DNA of 64,000 bases, taken from contig JAHHIM010000012.1 in assembly GCA_019358915.1 (NCBI GenBank), forward strand, positions 66,981 to 130,980, in the 5' to 3' direction. The position numbers and the translations under genes are program-made. Below the pieces are notes generated by a model. The model searched no databases. It had not been told where the DNA came from and saw only the letters and a program-made list of their open reading frames with translations. Source of the DNA: Trichormus sp. ATA11-4-KO1. Its GTDB lineage: Bacteria > Cyanobacteriota > Cyanobacteriia > Cyanobacteriales > Nostocaceae. Shown one piece after another: positions 53,795-64,000 of this stretch (the stretch's first letter is position 1; each line of letters opens with the position of its first letter).

Positions 53795-54280
53795 ATGTTC
53801 CAATGGTCAAAAAAGGTAGTTAAATCGGTCACGTTCAACCCAGAGGTCGCTGACGAAAGCTTGTTAGCAGTTGTGGAAAACCATTTGGAGCAACTACCTG
53901 ACAAAACTTTTAGCGACCTTTGTAAAGAAGCTCTATGGCAATCTTTATGTGTACCGGCAGCTGTAAAACCTAGTCCAAAAACAGCAGCAACAGATTCGGT
54001 TGAACAAAAAATCGATCAACTGCAACGTCAAGTGGCTGACCTAGAGGAACGTTTGTTTACTAAAGAATCTCATCGTTTGGAGGCGATAGAACGTCATATT
54101 TTGCAACTGACGCAACAAATGGCGCATCTGGCAATTGTCATCACTGAGCATCCAGTTATTCAGCCTCCAACTTCATCAGCATCAGTAAATGAAGTAGCTA
54201 ATGCTACTTATGCTGCTAGCCATCTTGAAGAGGTTGATCCCGTCATCAGCCGCCTAAGTCAGTTTCTTGATGATTTCTAA
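53795..54280 (+). CDS. ParR-like adaptor (CorR-like)
   Basis: Starts 5 nt after the ParM-like stop. N-terminal beta-helix-helix pattern, central coiled coil, C-terminal amphipathic DPVISRLSQFLDDF. Confidence 0.75.
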   Translation: MFQWSKKVVKSVTFNPEVADESLLAVVENHLEQLPDKTFSDLCKEALWQSLCVPAAVKPSPKTAATDSVEQKIDQLQRQVADLEERLFTKESHRLEAIERHILQLTQQMAHLAIVITEHPVIQPPTSSASVNEVANATYAASHLEEVDPVISRLSQFLDDF

Positions 54281-55004
54281 GAAACAATTAGGTCTGTTAG
54301 CACTTTTTGCTTTTGTTAGTGATCCTTAATAGTTTTTACTATTAAGGATTATTTAGTATGTCGAGAAATTAATTAAGTGAATATGCTGTACTGACAGTAT
54401 AGCAGGGTTACCAATTTTGGCAACACCTTACAGAATTTTCACTATTGCGATTATAGACTCATTTGGTGTAAGGACTAGGGACTGGGGAAGAAAAATTTCT
54501 GCTTTCTCCTCTGTCGCCTGATCCCCTGAATCTTTTTCCATACCGAATCTCTATGATTGTCAAGAAATGTAGATATTGCTCCCATAGTATTCAAAAAAAC
54601 TTATTCATTAAAAAATTTTTAATATATATACTTTAGGTTAAGAAGTATTAAGAAATACTTATTAAAGAATATTGCAATCCCTTGATTTAATTGTTAACGT
54701 GTGTATTGGCAACGATGCTGGTGAACGCTCTGAATTTAGGAGAGAAAAACCTATGAGCTATATCCATTCAGCCAATTGTGTGAAGTGTTGATTTTCAATC
54801 TGGAAAGCAAGGTAGAAACCCCTTGTACAAACAATGCAGATTAGTCCAGGAATATTTCGTTGCCAAAAAGACTTGTTCACCTTTTGATTTCAATAACGAT
54901 TGATTATTTGTCTTACCTTGTGCAGACAAGCGAGTAGCTTTAATTTTGTCTGTTGGCAATAGCGAAGAGAGCGGTAAGACGTAAAATATTGGAGGTTAAA
55001 ACCA

Positions 55005-55856
55005 ATGCATATTCAAGGCAAAGTTGCTCTAATTACTGGAGCTTCCCGTGGGATTGGGAAAGCGATCGCATTAGCGTTAGCGCAACGAGGGATCAAGCGG
55101 CTGATTTTGGTAGCACGCAATCGCCAAAAGTTAACTGAGGTAGCTAGTCAAATCGAGGCGATGGGTGTGGAAACTACGATCTTGGCAATTGATTTGACTC
55201 AAACTGTCGAGGTAAACATTGCTGTTGCCCAATTGTGGCGCAGTTATGGCCCGATTCATCTGCTGGTTAATTGTGCAGGTGTGGCATATCAAGCCTCATT
55301 TTTGCAGACAAAACTGCCCCAGGTGCAAGAAGAACTCTCGGTGAATTTATTGGGAATGTATAACCTCACCAGTCTCATAGCTCGACGCATGGTGAGCCAA
55401 AGGCAAGGGACAATCGTCAATGTGTCGAGTTTGATGGGGAAAGTAGCTGCACCGACGATGGCGACTTACTCAGCCACCAAGTTTGCCATCTTAGGGTTTA
55501 CCCAAGCCTTGCGTCGGGAACTAGCTGAACACAACATCCGCGTGATTGCATTACTGCCTTCTCTGACAGACACAGACATGGTGCGCGACTTAAAATTATT
55601 TCGCTGGGTGATCCCCATGACTTCTGAGGAAGTAGCGCAAGTACTTGTGAATGGATTGCAGAAAGATGCACCAGAAATTTTAGTAGGATGGCAAAGTCAT
55701 TTGGCTGTGTGGTGTCAACGTTTGGCCCCTTGGTTGCTAGAGATAGTTTTACAAATCGCCACTCCGCCAGCTTGGAAAACACTACAGCCTATGGAAAAAC
55801 AAAGTTTTATGACGAGAATTTATCGTTTTAGCGATTTGTTATGGTCAAGAACATGA
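55005..55856 (+). CDS. Short-chain dehydrogenase/reductase
   Basis: TGASRGIG, NCAG, YSATK; ggagg RBS. Confidence 0.93.
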   Translation: MHIQGKVALITGASRGIGKAIALALAQRGIKRLILVARNRQKLTEVASQIEAMGVETTILAIDLTQTVEVNIAVAQLWRSYGPIHLLVNCAGVAYQASFLQTKLPQVQEELSVNLLGMYNLTSLIARRMVSQRQGTIVNVSSLMGKVAAPTMATYSATKFAILGFTQALRRELAEHNIRVIALLPSLTDTDMVRDLKLFRWVIPMTSEEVAQVLVNGLQKDAPEILVGWQSHLAVWCQRLAPWLLEIVLQIATPPAWKTLQPMEKQSFMTRIYRFSDLLWSRT

Positions 55857-55993
55857 TTTCTTTCGTATTTGCACGGAAGAAGATTCCACCCACAAGGGGG
55901 AGCCACTGCGGTGGACGGGTTTCCCGGCATAAAGCAAGTGGCGTTGGGACATGTACCAAATGCGAAAGTGCTTCCTTCCTTACTCTTCTTCTT

Positions 55994-56024
55994 ACTCAGC
56001 ACTCAGCACTCAGCACTCAGCACT
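55994..56024. repeat. STRR heptamer array overlapping the menD 3' end
   Basis: actcag(cactcag)3cact; the menD stop codon lies inside it. Confidence 0.9.
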
Positions 56025-57757
56025 GAATAAGGGGCAAACTTGCTTAAATTCTCCTGTCGCCACTTGGCATCGGCTTGGCGATTTGTCTGCAACTCTAAAA
56101 CTCGAATTCCTTGACTTGGTAGAGGGTTTAATCGTTGCTGTAGCTGCTCCCAGGAACTAATCAATTCATGCTGCACATTGTAGGTAGCGCATAACTGAGC
56201 AAAATCAATATCTTGTGGAGTGGCAAAAAATTCTTCAAAGGGTGGGTCGAATTTAGCTATGGGTAACATTTCAAAAATTCCCCCACCATTGTTGTTAATT
56301 AATACAATCGTCAGATGTCCAACAAACTTATTGCGGATTAAAAAACCATTAGTATCGTGCAACAAAGCTAAATCGCCAGTCAACATCACACTACTTTGAT
56401 GGCGATGAGCAATTCCCAAAGCCGTGGCTAACGTGCCATCAATACCATTTGCACCCCGGTTAAAATACGATCGCACTGCTAAATTATTCGGTTTCCAGAA
56501 AAATTCCACATCTCGCACAGGCATACTGTTGGCAATAAATAATGGTGTTTTTGGTGGTAACACCTGAGAAAGTAACCAAGCTGCTTTGCCTTCAAATAAC
56601 TCCTCCATTTTTCCCATAGTTTGGTCAACAGCTAACCTGACTTGAGCTTCAGCAATAGACCAAAGTTGCAGATACACAGAATCTGCTCTCCCCTGCGCTT
56701 CTGCCAATTGTTCTATCCCCATCCGCAAATGAGTTGTTCTCCCATGCAGGGGATCAAGATTTTGATTGCTGTGATCAATTATCCAGCGTCGCGGTTGAGT
56801 TGTATCTATCCAGGTACGCAGTTCTTTACTTGTAGGCATTTCACCCACCTGAATCACCATTTCGGGTGTTAGCTGCTTTGCTAGTGATTGATGCCGCAAA
56901 ATCAGGTCATAAGTGGAAATTAAATAAGGGTTGAGTTCAGCATGATTTCTCACTGGCGAGAGTCCCTCTGCCAATACAGGCCATTTGAGCGTTTGGGCTA
57001 GTTGTGCGATCGCCTGACAATACTTTTCTGGTTGCTGGGGTTGGGCAACGCCAGCAATAATTATGCCGCGATCGCACTGTTGCCATTCTTGGGGAATCGG
57101 AAATCGGGAATCAGCAATCGGGAATGGGGTAGTATTGGTGATCCCGGCGAAGAAGTCTTCTGGATGAAATTGTGACTGTAAATAGCTCAAATCAATGCCA
57201 TCGGGGATAGGTGCAAGGGGATCACGAAAGGGAATATTTAAATGCACTGGCCCTTGTGTTGGTGTTTGACAGCGTTCCCACCCATGAATTATCATTTGCC
57301 GTAGATAAGCTAGCATTCCCATGTCTGGAGCAGGTAAGGCTAACTCTGCTTGCCAATTTGGGTAATTACCATATAATTTAACCTGGTCTATGGTTTGTCC
57401 AGAGTGGCAATCTCTTAATTCTGGCGGGCGATCGCTAGTTAAAACCAAAAGTGGGACACGACTTTCTCTAGCTTCTATAATTGCCGGGTAAAAATTCGCT
57501 CCTGCTGTTCCAGAAGTACAAATAAGTACTACAGGAAGTCCTGTGGCTTTAGCTCTTCCCAAGGCAAAGAAGGCGGCTGAGCGCTCATCGAGAATAGAAA
57601 TCGCTTCTATATCAGGTACTTGTTGGGCAAATGCGACGACTAAAGGTGTAGAGCGGGAACCAGGACAAATGACAACGCAATTTAATCCCAAATACTTTAG
57701 TGTTTCCGTCAAGACATAAGCCCAAAATTGATTAAGATTTCTATAGGCGATCGGCAT
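56003..57757 (-). CDS. menD: SEPHCHC synthase MenD
   Basis: CPGSRSTPL, DERSAAFFALG, TSGTA, NRGANGIDG, GDLALLHD, NNNGGGIF; ATG 57757 or 57769. Confidence 0.96.
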   Translation of the reverse strand: MPIAYRNLNQFWAYVLTETLKYLGLNCVVICPGSRSTPLVVAFAQQVPDIEAISILDERSAAFFALGRAKATGLPVVLICTSGTAGANFYPAIIEARESRVPLLVLTSDRPPELRDCHSGQTIDQVKLYGNYPNWQAELALPAPDMGMLAYLRQMIIHGWERCQTPTQGPVHLNIPFRDPLAPIPDGIDLSYLQSQFHPEDFFAGITNTTPFPIADSRFPIPQEWQQCDRGIIIAGVAQPQQPEKYCQAIAQLAQTLKWPVLAEGLSPVRNHAELNPYLISTYDLILRHQSLAKQLTPEMVIQVGEMPTSKELRTWIDTTQPRRWIIDHSNQNLDPLHGRTTHLRMGIEQLAEAQGRADSVYLQLWSIAEAQVRLAVDQTMGKMEELFEGKAAWLLSQVLPPKTPLFIANSMPVRDVEFFWKPNNLAVRSYFNRGANGIDGTLATALGIAHRHQSSVMLTGDLALLHDTNGFLIRNKFVGHLTIVLINNNGGGIFEMLPIAKFDPPFEEFFATPQDIDFAQLCATYNVQHELISSWEQLQQRLNPLPSQGIRVLELQTNRQADAKWRQENLSKFAPYSVLSAEC

Positions 57758-57910
57758 TAAATCATACATTTTAGATTTTATATAGGTAAATTTAATTTAA
57801 AATCCCTCTGGGAAAGTTTGGTAAAACAAAAACCGATACTGTCGCCCGAGTTATCGGCAAGAGTATATTCCTGATAACTCGCTCCACTTTTCGCAAAATG
57901 TCAAATTCTT

Positions 57911-58279
57911 ATGGATTGCATTCATTTAACGGGAATTCGCTGCTATGGCTATACTGGGTATCTGCCAGAAGAACAGGTTTTAGGACAATGGTTTGAGGTG
58001 GATGTAAAGTTATGGCTAGATATTTCTACAGCTGCCAAAACTGACGCAATTGAAGATACTCTAGATTATCGCAGCGTCATTAGCTCGATACAACATCTGG
58101 TTAAAACAGCTAAATTCGCTTTATTGGAACGTTTAGTGGGTGCGATCGCTGATTCTATCCTCCAACAGTGCGATCGTCTCACACAAGTCCAAGTCATTGT
58201 GAGCAAACCCGCCGCACCCATTCCCGATTTTGGCGGCAGAATTAGTATTGAACTCACTAAAACTAAGTCTAATGCCTGA
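57911..58279 (+). CDS. folB: Dihydroneopterin aldolase
   Basis: YGYTGYLPEEQVLGQWF, DTLDY, LLE, KPAAP. Confidence 0.93.
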   Translation: MDCIHLTGIRCYGYTGYLPEEQVLGQWFEVDVKLWLDISTAAKTDAIEDTLDYRSVISSIQHLVKTAKFALLERLVGAIADSILQQCDRLTQVQVIVSKPAAPIPDFGGRISIELTKTKSNA

Positions 58280-58338
58280 TTTTTCTGACTCAGCACTCCC
58301 CTTCGACTTCGCTCAGGGCGAGCGCACTCAGCACTGAA

Positions 58339-59901
58339 CTAAATGACAAAAGCCTCAAGTTCACGATTATGCCATTGCCTCTGATACCATTCGGCAACCA
58401 AAGGACGGACAATAAACTTAGGTTTGTCGTCGCCTTTAACATCAATGCGTAAACATGAGTAGGGTCGTCGCTTCTGAGAACCGTGACCATTGCGACCAAC
58501 GAACAGATGCGATCGCGCGACTAATTTACTTGTATCTCCCATGCTTTCCATTAATTCTGTCCCTTCAGTTCTTTGACGACGTAGACTATACCCACTACCG
58601 CCACAAACAATCCAGTTGATATAAGAATCAGCATGTCCTGTGTCTAAAGTCTGAAGGTGTTCTAAGCAATGGGCGTGACCATTTAATACTAAATCTACTA
58701 GGGGTCGTCCCTGGTTTAAAGTGCCTATGGCTTCCGCCACATCATCTAGGACATCACGCAAGCGATCGCGAATTGCCAAAGTTTGTGCCTGTTGCCATTT
58801 CGTCGCCTCAGTTACATAAGGAGGATGGTGGAAATAAATCACCCTTCCCCGCACATCTGGATGATGCCAAGATTCAATTAGTCGCTGTTTTAGCCACTCC
58901 AACTGTTCGATATCAGTCAGCGTTGTTTTGTTAGTGTCTAATTGCTTGTCGATATCAACAATCAGTTCCTCAATTTGTGACATCTTACCTTGTAAGTCAT
59001 CCAGCTGCTCGGCTGCGCTGGGATGATCAGGATTTAGATAAGCTGCGGTTTCCATAATTTGCAGCTTTTCCTGCTCAAACTGCTCACGGCGTTTCTCTAA
59101 AAGCTTCCTCTGTTCTGTGCCTTCTTTGGTTGTTGGTAACGGTGGCGGATGATTAAATGTATTAGAGTCCAGGGCAAAAAAATCAATACCGCCGTAGGAA
59201 AAAGTGTAGTAGCGATTTGGCAAGCGGGTAAATTGCCCAGGCTGATAACAAAGACAACGACCAGTATTTGCTTGAGCTGTGTAGTGTTTGTCTAAGTGAT
59301 AGGCTAACTCACCGGGAGTCTGAAATTCCTTGAGATAGTCCAAAAACGCTCGTGCATAAGCCCCACCTTTGCCAGAACCATGTAAACCCACATCCAGGTC
59401 TAACCGCGATCGCCATAAACGCCGAATCGGCAACGTTGTTAAGGAAAGTAAACTCAAGACAACTGGCAGGTCATAATAATCGTGATTTCCCGGTACAGGT
59501 AAGATGGGAAAATTAAAAATCATTTGGTCGTAAGCAATCTTTTCTGGATAATCTCCACCCACCAGAAACTCCCGATAAGGTCGGATGAAGTTTTGCTGGT
59601 AGTATTCACTCGATCCCACCAAATAGATTACATCGCCAGTGTGCAGCATAAAACTGCATTCCGGGTGATGGGGAAGCATCAGTTCTGCAACCTGTCGCTG
59701 GGGATCATGTCCCCGGTGGCTACTAGTACCACTGTCACCCACCACTAAAAAAGAAAACTCGCAATCATTAGCGTGACCATCCTCTAAAACCAGACGAGTT
59801 TGATCAATGCTGCGTTCGATAATTAAAGGATCTTGCCAGCGTACCCGTTGCTTCATCTGGCGAATTTTTTTGGCGATCGCTGGATCGGAAACTAGTTTCA
59901 A
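58339..59901 (-). CDS. Calcineurin-like metallophosphoesterase
   Basis: GDSG, GDVIY, GNHD, HHPPY, GHAH. Confidence 0.9.
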   Translation of the reverse strand: MKLVSDPAIAKKIRQMKQRVRWQDPLIIERSIDQTRLVLEDGHANDCEFSFLVVGDSGTSSHRGHDPQRQVAELMLPHHPECSFMLHTGDVIYLVGSSEYYQQNFIRPYREFLVGGDYPEKIAYDQMIFNFPILPVPGNHDYYDLPVVLSLLSLTTLPIRRLWRSRLDLDVGLHGSGKGGAYARAFLDYLKEFQTPGELAYHLDKHYTAQANTGRCLCYQPGQFTRLPNRYYTFSYGGIDFFALDSNTFNHPPPLPTTKEGTEQRKLLEKRREQFEQEKLQIMETAAYLNPDHPSAAEQLDDLQGKMSQIEELIVDIDKQLDTNKTTLTDIEQLEWLKQRLIESWHHPDVRGRVIYFHHPPYVTEATKWQQAQTLAIRDRLRDVLDDVAEAIGTLNQGRPLVDLVLNGHAHCLEHLQTLDTGHADSYINWIVCGGSGYSLRRQRTEGTELMESMGDTSKLVARSHLFVGRNGHGSQKRRPYSCLRIDVKGDDKPKFIVRPLVAEWYQRQWHNRELEAFVI

Positions 59902-60032
59902 TACAACTTACCCCTCAATCTTGAGTTAAGAGTGATTACAGCACATTTCATCTGGATGAAACAAATTTCCCTAGTCTCTAGCCTCTAGAAAAATGTACTG
60001 CACCCAATTGAGAAACGCTGTAATTCCCTTGA

Positions 60033-61004
60033 TTATTTCTCTGTTGAATCTTTCATTTCAACCATCAAATTGGGTAGTCCCTCTAGTTTTTCCACAGGAC
60101 TAATTTCTTCGCTAAAAGGTACAAAAATTTTTAAGCCTGCTGGTACACAGTAAACTTCAATTGGTGTCATACCAATCATTTCACCATCTAAAACTACCTT
60201 TTGCGGTGGTTCCGCCGTAATTTTGAATTTTTCTCCTCGCAAATAGCCAATATCATCTCGTTCTGCGGCGCTACCCGTTGCAGCTGATTGGAATAAATGG
60301 AATGTAGCCGCGATCGCTCCTGCCTTACTAGCCGGAGCTACTATTGTTAAATCTAGTAATCCATCATCATAAATGATCCCGGCTGGCCCTTGAGCGAAAA
60401 CTGAACTCGCGGGTGCAGCATTGGCTACGGTTACTGCTGAAGCGCTCGTTTTGATTATCCTATCGTCAGTTTCAATTTCTACATCAAAACTCTGTAAATT
60501 TCGCAGTTGTTGTACTCCTGCTAAAATATACGCCATCATACCAAAGCGTTTTTTGGCTTCCCGGTCTGCTAGTTCTACAGTGTCCGCCTCAAAGCCCACG
60601 CCTGCCAGCAACACCATCGGCTTACCATTACAATAAGCAGCATCTACACTGCGAGTAACCCCCTGCAAAATTGTCTGACAAGCCGCGTCAATGGTGTCGG
60701 GAATTCTCAACGCTGCGGCAAAAGCATTGGCTGTGCCTCGTGAAATAATACCAAAAGGGATATCAGTACCCACCACAGCTGTTGCAGCAGCCGACAATGT
60801 GCCATCTCCCCCGGAAGCAATAATCGCCTCCGCTCCCCGTTCTACAGCTGCTTGAGCCAATTCGTCGGCACCAACTTCTTCAGATGTTAAGTAAATATCT
60901 AGGTCAATTTCTGGCTCTAATAATGCCCGAATCTGTACCAGTTCTACTTCTGGGTCACCCTGACCCGCAACTGGATTAAAGATAAGACAGGCGGAACGAT
61001 TCAT
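60033..61004 (-). CDS. YegS/DAGK family lipid kinase
   Basis: NPVAG, GGDGT, GTANAFA, DDGLLD, LDGE. Confidence 0.93.
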   Translation of the reverse strand: MNRSACLIFNPVAGQGDPEVELVQIRALLEPEIDLDIYLTSEEVGADELAQAAVERGAEAIIASGGDGTLSAAATAVVGTDIPFGIISRGTANAFAAALRIPDTIDAACQTILQGVTRSVDAAYCNGKPMVLLAGVGFEADTVELADREAKKRFGMMAYILAGVQQLRNLQSFDVEIETDDRIIKTSASAVTVANAAPASSVFAQGPAGIIYDDGLLDLTIVAPASKAGAIAATFHLFQSAATGSAAERDDIGYLRGEKFKITAEPPQKVVLDGEMIGMTPIEVYCVPAGLKIFVPFSEEISPVEKLEGLPNLMVEMKDSTEK

Positions 61005-61360
61005 AGATGTTTAAAATTTAAGTTTTAATTAGTAAAATATCAAAATTTGCTCCATACCACTGTAAAATTATCATCTCACAGCAAAATTATTACTTCTCTC
61101 TTGTGGTAGGTTTACGGCTACTACCTAGACATAGGGAACAGAGCACAGAAAAATAATCTCTTGCTGTGGAAGCAGGGGATAAACATCTAAATCATCAATA
61201 AATATTATTATTGGCTGTTGCGTAATTCAAAACAATGTAAACAAATGTAAAAAAAGTAATAATAAACTTTACCTCAATTAGACAATAACCATCCGGGGAC
61301 TCACCCACTGCGGTAGTCTAGATGAGAGTGAATTTATCGCCTGGTTTGACATATTGTTTT

Positions 61361-62332
61361 ATGACTTCAGTTGTTTCCAGTCCGTCGCGCACCATCCGTA
61401 TTGGTTCCCGTAAAAGCCAACTCGCCCTAGTTCAGACTTACTGGGTACGAGAGCAACTCCAGAAAAGCTTTCCTGATATCTCTTTTGAAGTCCATACCAT
61501 GTCTACCCAAGGCGACAAAATCCTGGATGTAGCATTAGCCAAAATTGGTGATAAAGGACTATTTACTAAAGAACTCGAAGTAGGAATGCTCAATCAAGAG
61601 ATTGACTTTGCAGTGCATTCCCTGAAGGATCTGCCAACTAATTTACCAGAGGGATTAACTCTGGCAGCAATTACAGAACGGGAAAACCCAGCAGATGCCC
61701 TAGTAGTACATGAAAAGTATCAAGATAAACAAATTGAGACTCTGCCAGCAGGTGCTGTAATTGGCACATCTTCGTTGAGACGACTAGCACAGTTACGCCA
61801 CCAATTCCCCCACTTTACATTTAGAGATGTCCGGGGAAATTTAAATACACGCATGGCGAAACTGGATGCGGGCGAGTATGATGCCCTAATTTTAGCAGCA
61901 GCAGGATTACAGCGCTTGGGAATGGGCGATCGCATTCATCAAATTCTTCCCCCAGAAGTTTCCCTCCACGCCGTCGGACAAGGTGCTTTAGGGATAGAAT
62001 GCCGTGCTGATGACAACGAACTCATCACCCTACTCAAAGCCATTGAACATCCCCAAACACGCGATCGCTGTCTCGCCGAAAGAGCATTTTTGCGGATTCT
62101 CGAAGGCGGTTGTCAAGTGCCTATCGGTGTAAATACAGAAATTAATGGTGATAATCTAACATTAACCGGGATAGTCGCCAGTGTAGATGGACAAAAGCTG
62201 GTCAAAGACTCAATTACTGGTGCTGCGAATAACGCTGAAGAGCTAGGTGCAGAGCTAGCAGAACACTTGCGGCAACAAGGCGCTCAGGAAATTTTGGCAG
62301 AAATATTTACCGAGATCCAACGGGGTTCCTAA
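61361..62332 (+). CDS. hemC: Hydroxymethylbilane synthase
   Basis: [41 protein letters not shown]. Confidence 0.97.
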   Translation: MTSVVSSPSRTIRIGSRKSQLALVQTYWVREQLQKSFPDISFEVHTMSTQGDKILDVALAKIGDKGLFTKELEVGMLNQEIDFAVHSLKDLPTNLPEGLTLAAITERENPADALVVHEKYQDKQIETLPAGAVIGTSSLRRLAQLRHQFPHFTFRDVRGNLNTRMAKLDAGEYDALILAAAGLQRLGMGDRIHQILPPEVSLHAVGQGALGIECRADDNELITLLKAIEHPQTRDRCLAERAFLRILEGGCQVPIGVNTEINGDNLTLTGIVASVDGQKLVKDSITGAANNAEELGAELAEHLRQQGAQEILAEIFTEIQRGS

Positions 62333-62410
62333 GCTATTGGGCAAGTAGATGTGGTTAGATAAATAATCAGTGATCACTGTATAGGCAGAACCGGGGAAAT
62401 ATAAATTACC

Positions 62411-63862
62411 ATGCGGATTCTATTCGTTGCAGCAGAGGCAGCTCCCGTTGCGAAAGTTGGAGGAATGGGTGATGTTGTGGGAGCATTGCCCAAAATCTTG
62501 AGAAAAATGGGGCATGATGTGCGGATATTCATACCTTATTACGGCTTCCTACCAGACAAAATGGAGATTCCTAAAGATCCAATTTGGTCGGGATATGCCA
62601 TGTTCCAGGATTTTGCAGTTTACGAAAGCATTTTGCCTGGTACTGATGTTCCCTTATACTTATTTGGACACCCTGCCTTCATGCCTCGCCGGATTTATTC
62701 AGGAGAAGATGAAGACTGGCGGTTTACTTTATTTGCCAATGGTGCAGCCGAGTTTTGCTGGAACTATTGGAAACCAGAAATTGTCCATTGCCACGATTGG
62801 CACACAGGGATGATTCCTGTGTGGATGAACCAAGACCCTGATATTACTAGCGTTTTCACCATTCATAACTTGGCTTATCAAGGGCCGTGGCGTTGGTATT
62901 TGGAAAAAATTACTTGGTGTCCTTGGTATATGCAAGGACACAACACAATGGCTGCTGCGGTGCAATATGCCGACAGGGTAAATACAGTTTCTCCGACTTA
63001 TGCCGAGCAAATCAAGACACCTGCTTACGGTGAAACTCTAGAAGGTTTGTTGTCTTTCATTAGTGGTAAATTATCGGGGATTATCAACGGCATAGATTTG
63101 GAAGTTTATAACCCCGCAGACGACAAATACATTGCCCAAAACTTCACTATCGATACTCTAGATAAACGTAAGGCCAACAAAATTGCTCTGCAAGAAGAAG
63201 TTGGGTTAGAAGTTAACAGCAATGCCTTTTTAATTGGCATGGTGACACGGTTAGTAGAACAAAAAGGGATTGATTTAGTTCTACAAATCCTGGATCGCTT
63301 CATGGCATATACAGATGCTCAATTTGTGTTGTTAGGCACAGGCGATCGCTACTACGAAACCCAAATGTGGCAGTTAGCATCCCGCTATCCCGGACGGATG
63401 GCAACTTACTTACTGTATAATGATGCCCTGTCTCGCCGGATTTATGCTGGTGCCGATGCCTTCTTAATGCCTAGCCGATTTGAACCATGCGGTATCAGCC
63501 AAATGATGTCTATGCGTTACGGTTGTGTGCCTATTGTCCGGCGTACAGGTGGATTAGTTGACACTGTATCGCACCACGACCCGATGAATGCAGCCGGTAC
63601 TGGTTACTGTTTTGACCGCTATGAACCATTAGATTTATTCACTTGTATGATCCGGGCTTGGGAAGGCTTCCGTTTTCAACCCCAATGGCAGGAACTACAA
63701 AAACGGGGCATGAGTGAGGACTTCAGTTGGTATCAATCTGCTAAGCAGTATGTGAAGTTGTACAGATCAATCTACGGCTTGCCAGAGGAAGAGGAAGAAG
63801 AAAAGCCCACACAGCAACCCGAGTTAGTTGTTACCGAGCCAGTAAATAGTAGTAAATCCTGA
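62411..63862 (+). CDS. glgA: Glycogen synthase
   Basis: [39 protein letters not shown]. Confidence 0.97.
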   Translation: MRILFVAAEAAPVAKVGGMGDVVGALPKILRKMGHDVRIFIPYYGFLPDKMEIPKDPIWSGYAMFQDFAVYESILPGTDVPLYLFGHPAFMPRRIYSGEDEDWRFTLFANGAAEFCWNYWKPEIVHCHDWHTGMIPVWMNQDPDITSVFTIHNLAYQGPWRWYLEKITWCPWYMQGHNTMAAAVQYADRVNTVSPTYAEQIKTPAYGETLEGLLSFISGKLSGIINGIDLEVYNPADDKYIAQNFTIDTLDKRKANKIALQEEVGLEVNSNAFLIGMVTRLVEQKGIDLVLQILDRFMAYTDAQFVLLGTGDRYYETQMWQLASRYPGRMATYLLYNDALSRRIYAGADAFLMPSRFEPCGISQMMSMRYGCVPIVRRTGGLVDTVSHHDPMNAAGTGYCFDRYEPLDLFTCMIRAWEGFRFQPQWQELQKRGMSEDFSWYQSAKQYVKLYRSIYGLPEEEEEEKPTQQPELVVTEPVNSSKS

Positions 63863-64000
63863 TTGGCTCAGATCAGCAATTCTCATTTTGAAAAAAAATC
63901 AGAGAAAACTCGTTATTTAAATAGAGAACTTGTGTCGAAGCATCATTTTTTGACAAATAATTATCATCCAACGTTGGAGATAGACAATTTTTCAGAAATT

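Noticed and set aside
55005..55856. SDR as the heterocyst pattern regulator HetN
   Set aside because: The equivalent position reads SQRQGT, not the ERGSGR inhibitory motif.

Overview
Chromosomal window of a heterocyst-forming-type (Nostocales-like) cyanobacterium, judged from the dozens of HIP1 octamers (GCGATCGC), heptamer STRR arrays, short dispersed repeats, psbM/psbK and a split-intein dnaE-N. Most of it is housekeeping: tgt, cobS, comF, secA, dprA, aspS, prfC, htpX, dnaE-N, pyrE, queC, menD, folB, hemC, glgA and one tRNA(CAT). Three small genes missing from the ORF track were read directly from the DNA: psbM, psbK and a PirA-like 51-aa gene with a perfect NtcA box. Main points of interest: (1) a chromosomal ParM/ParR-like actin pair with no visible centromere and a C-terminal amphipathic helix on the adaptor, consistent with a repurposed membrane cytoskeleton (CorMR-like). 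(2) Two apparent HIP1-anchored rearrangements: a dehydratase/DJ-1 chimeric pseudogene joined exactly at GCGATCGC, and a 27-nt in-frame insertion that splits a HIP1 site inside a large hybrid kinase. (3) A prfC plus Rubisco-activase-like gene pair away from rbcLXS, behind a structured leader with a uORF. (4) An orphan MerR/ZntR-type promoter in front of a small CxxC protein. (5) Several MITEs, one nested, with clear target-site duplications. All functional calls come from motif recognition; no database search was run.
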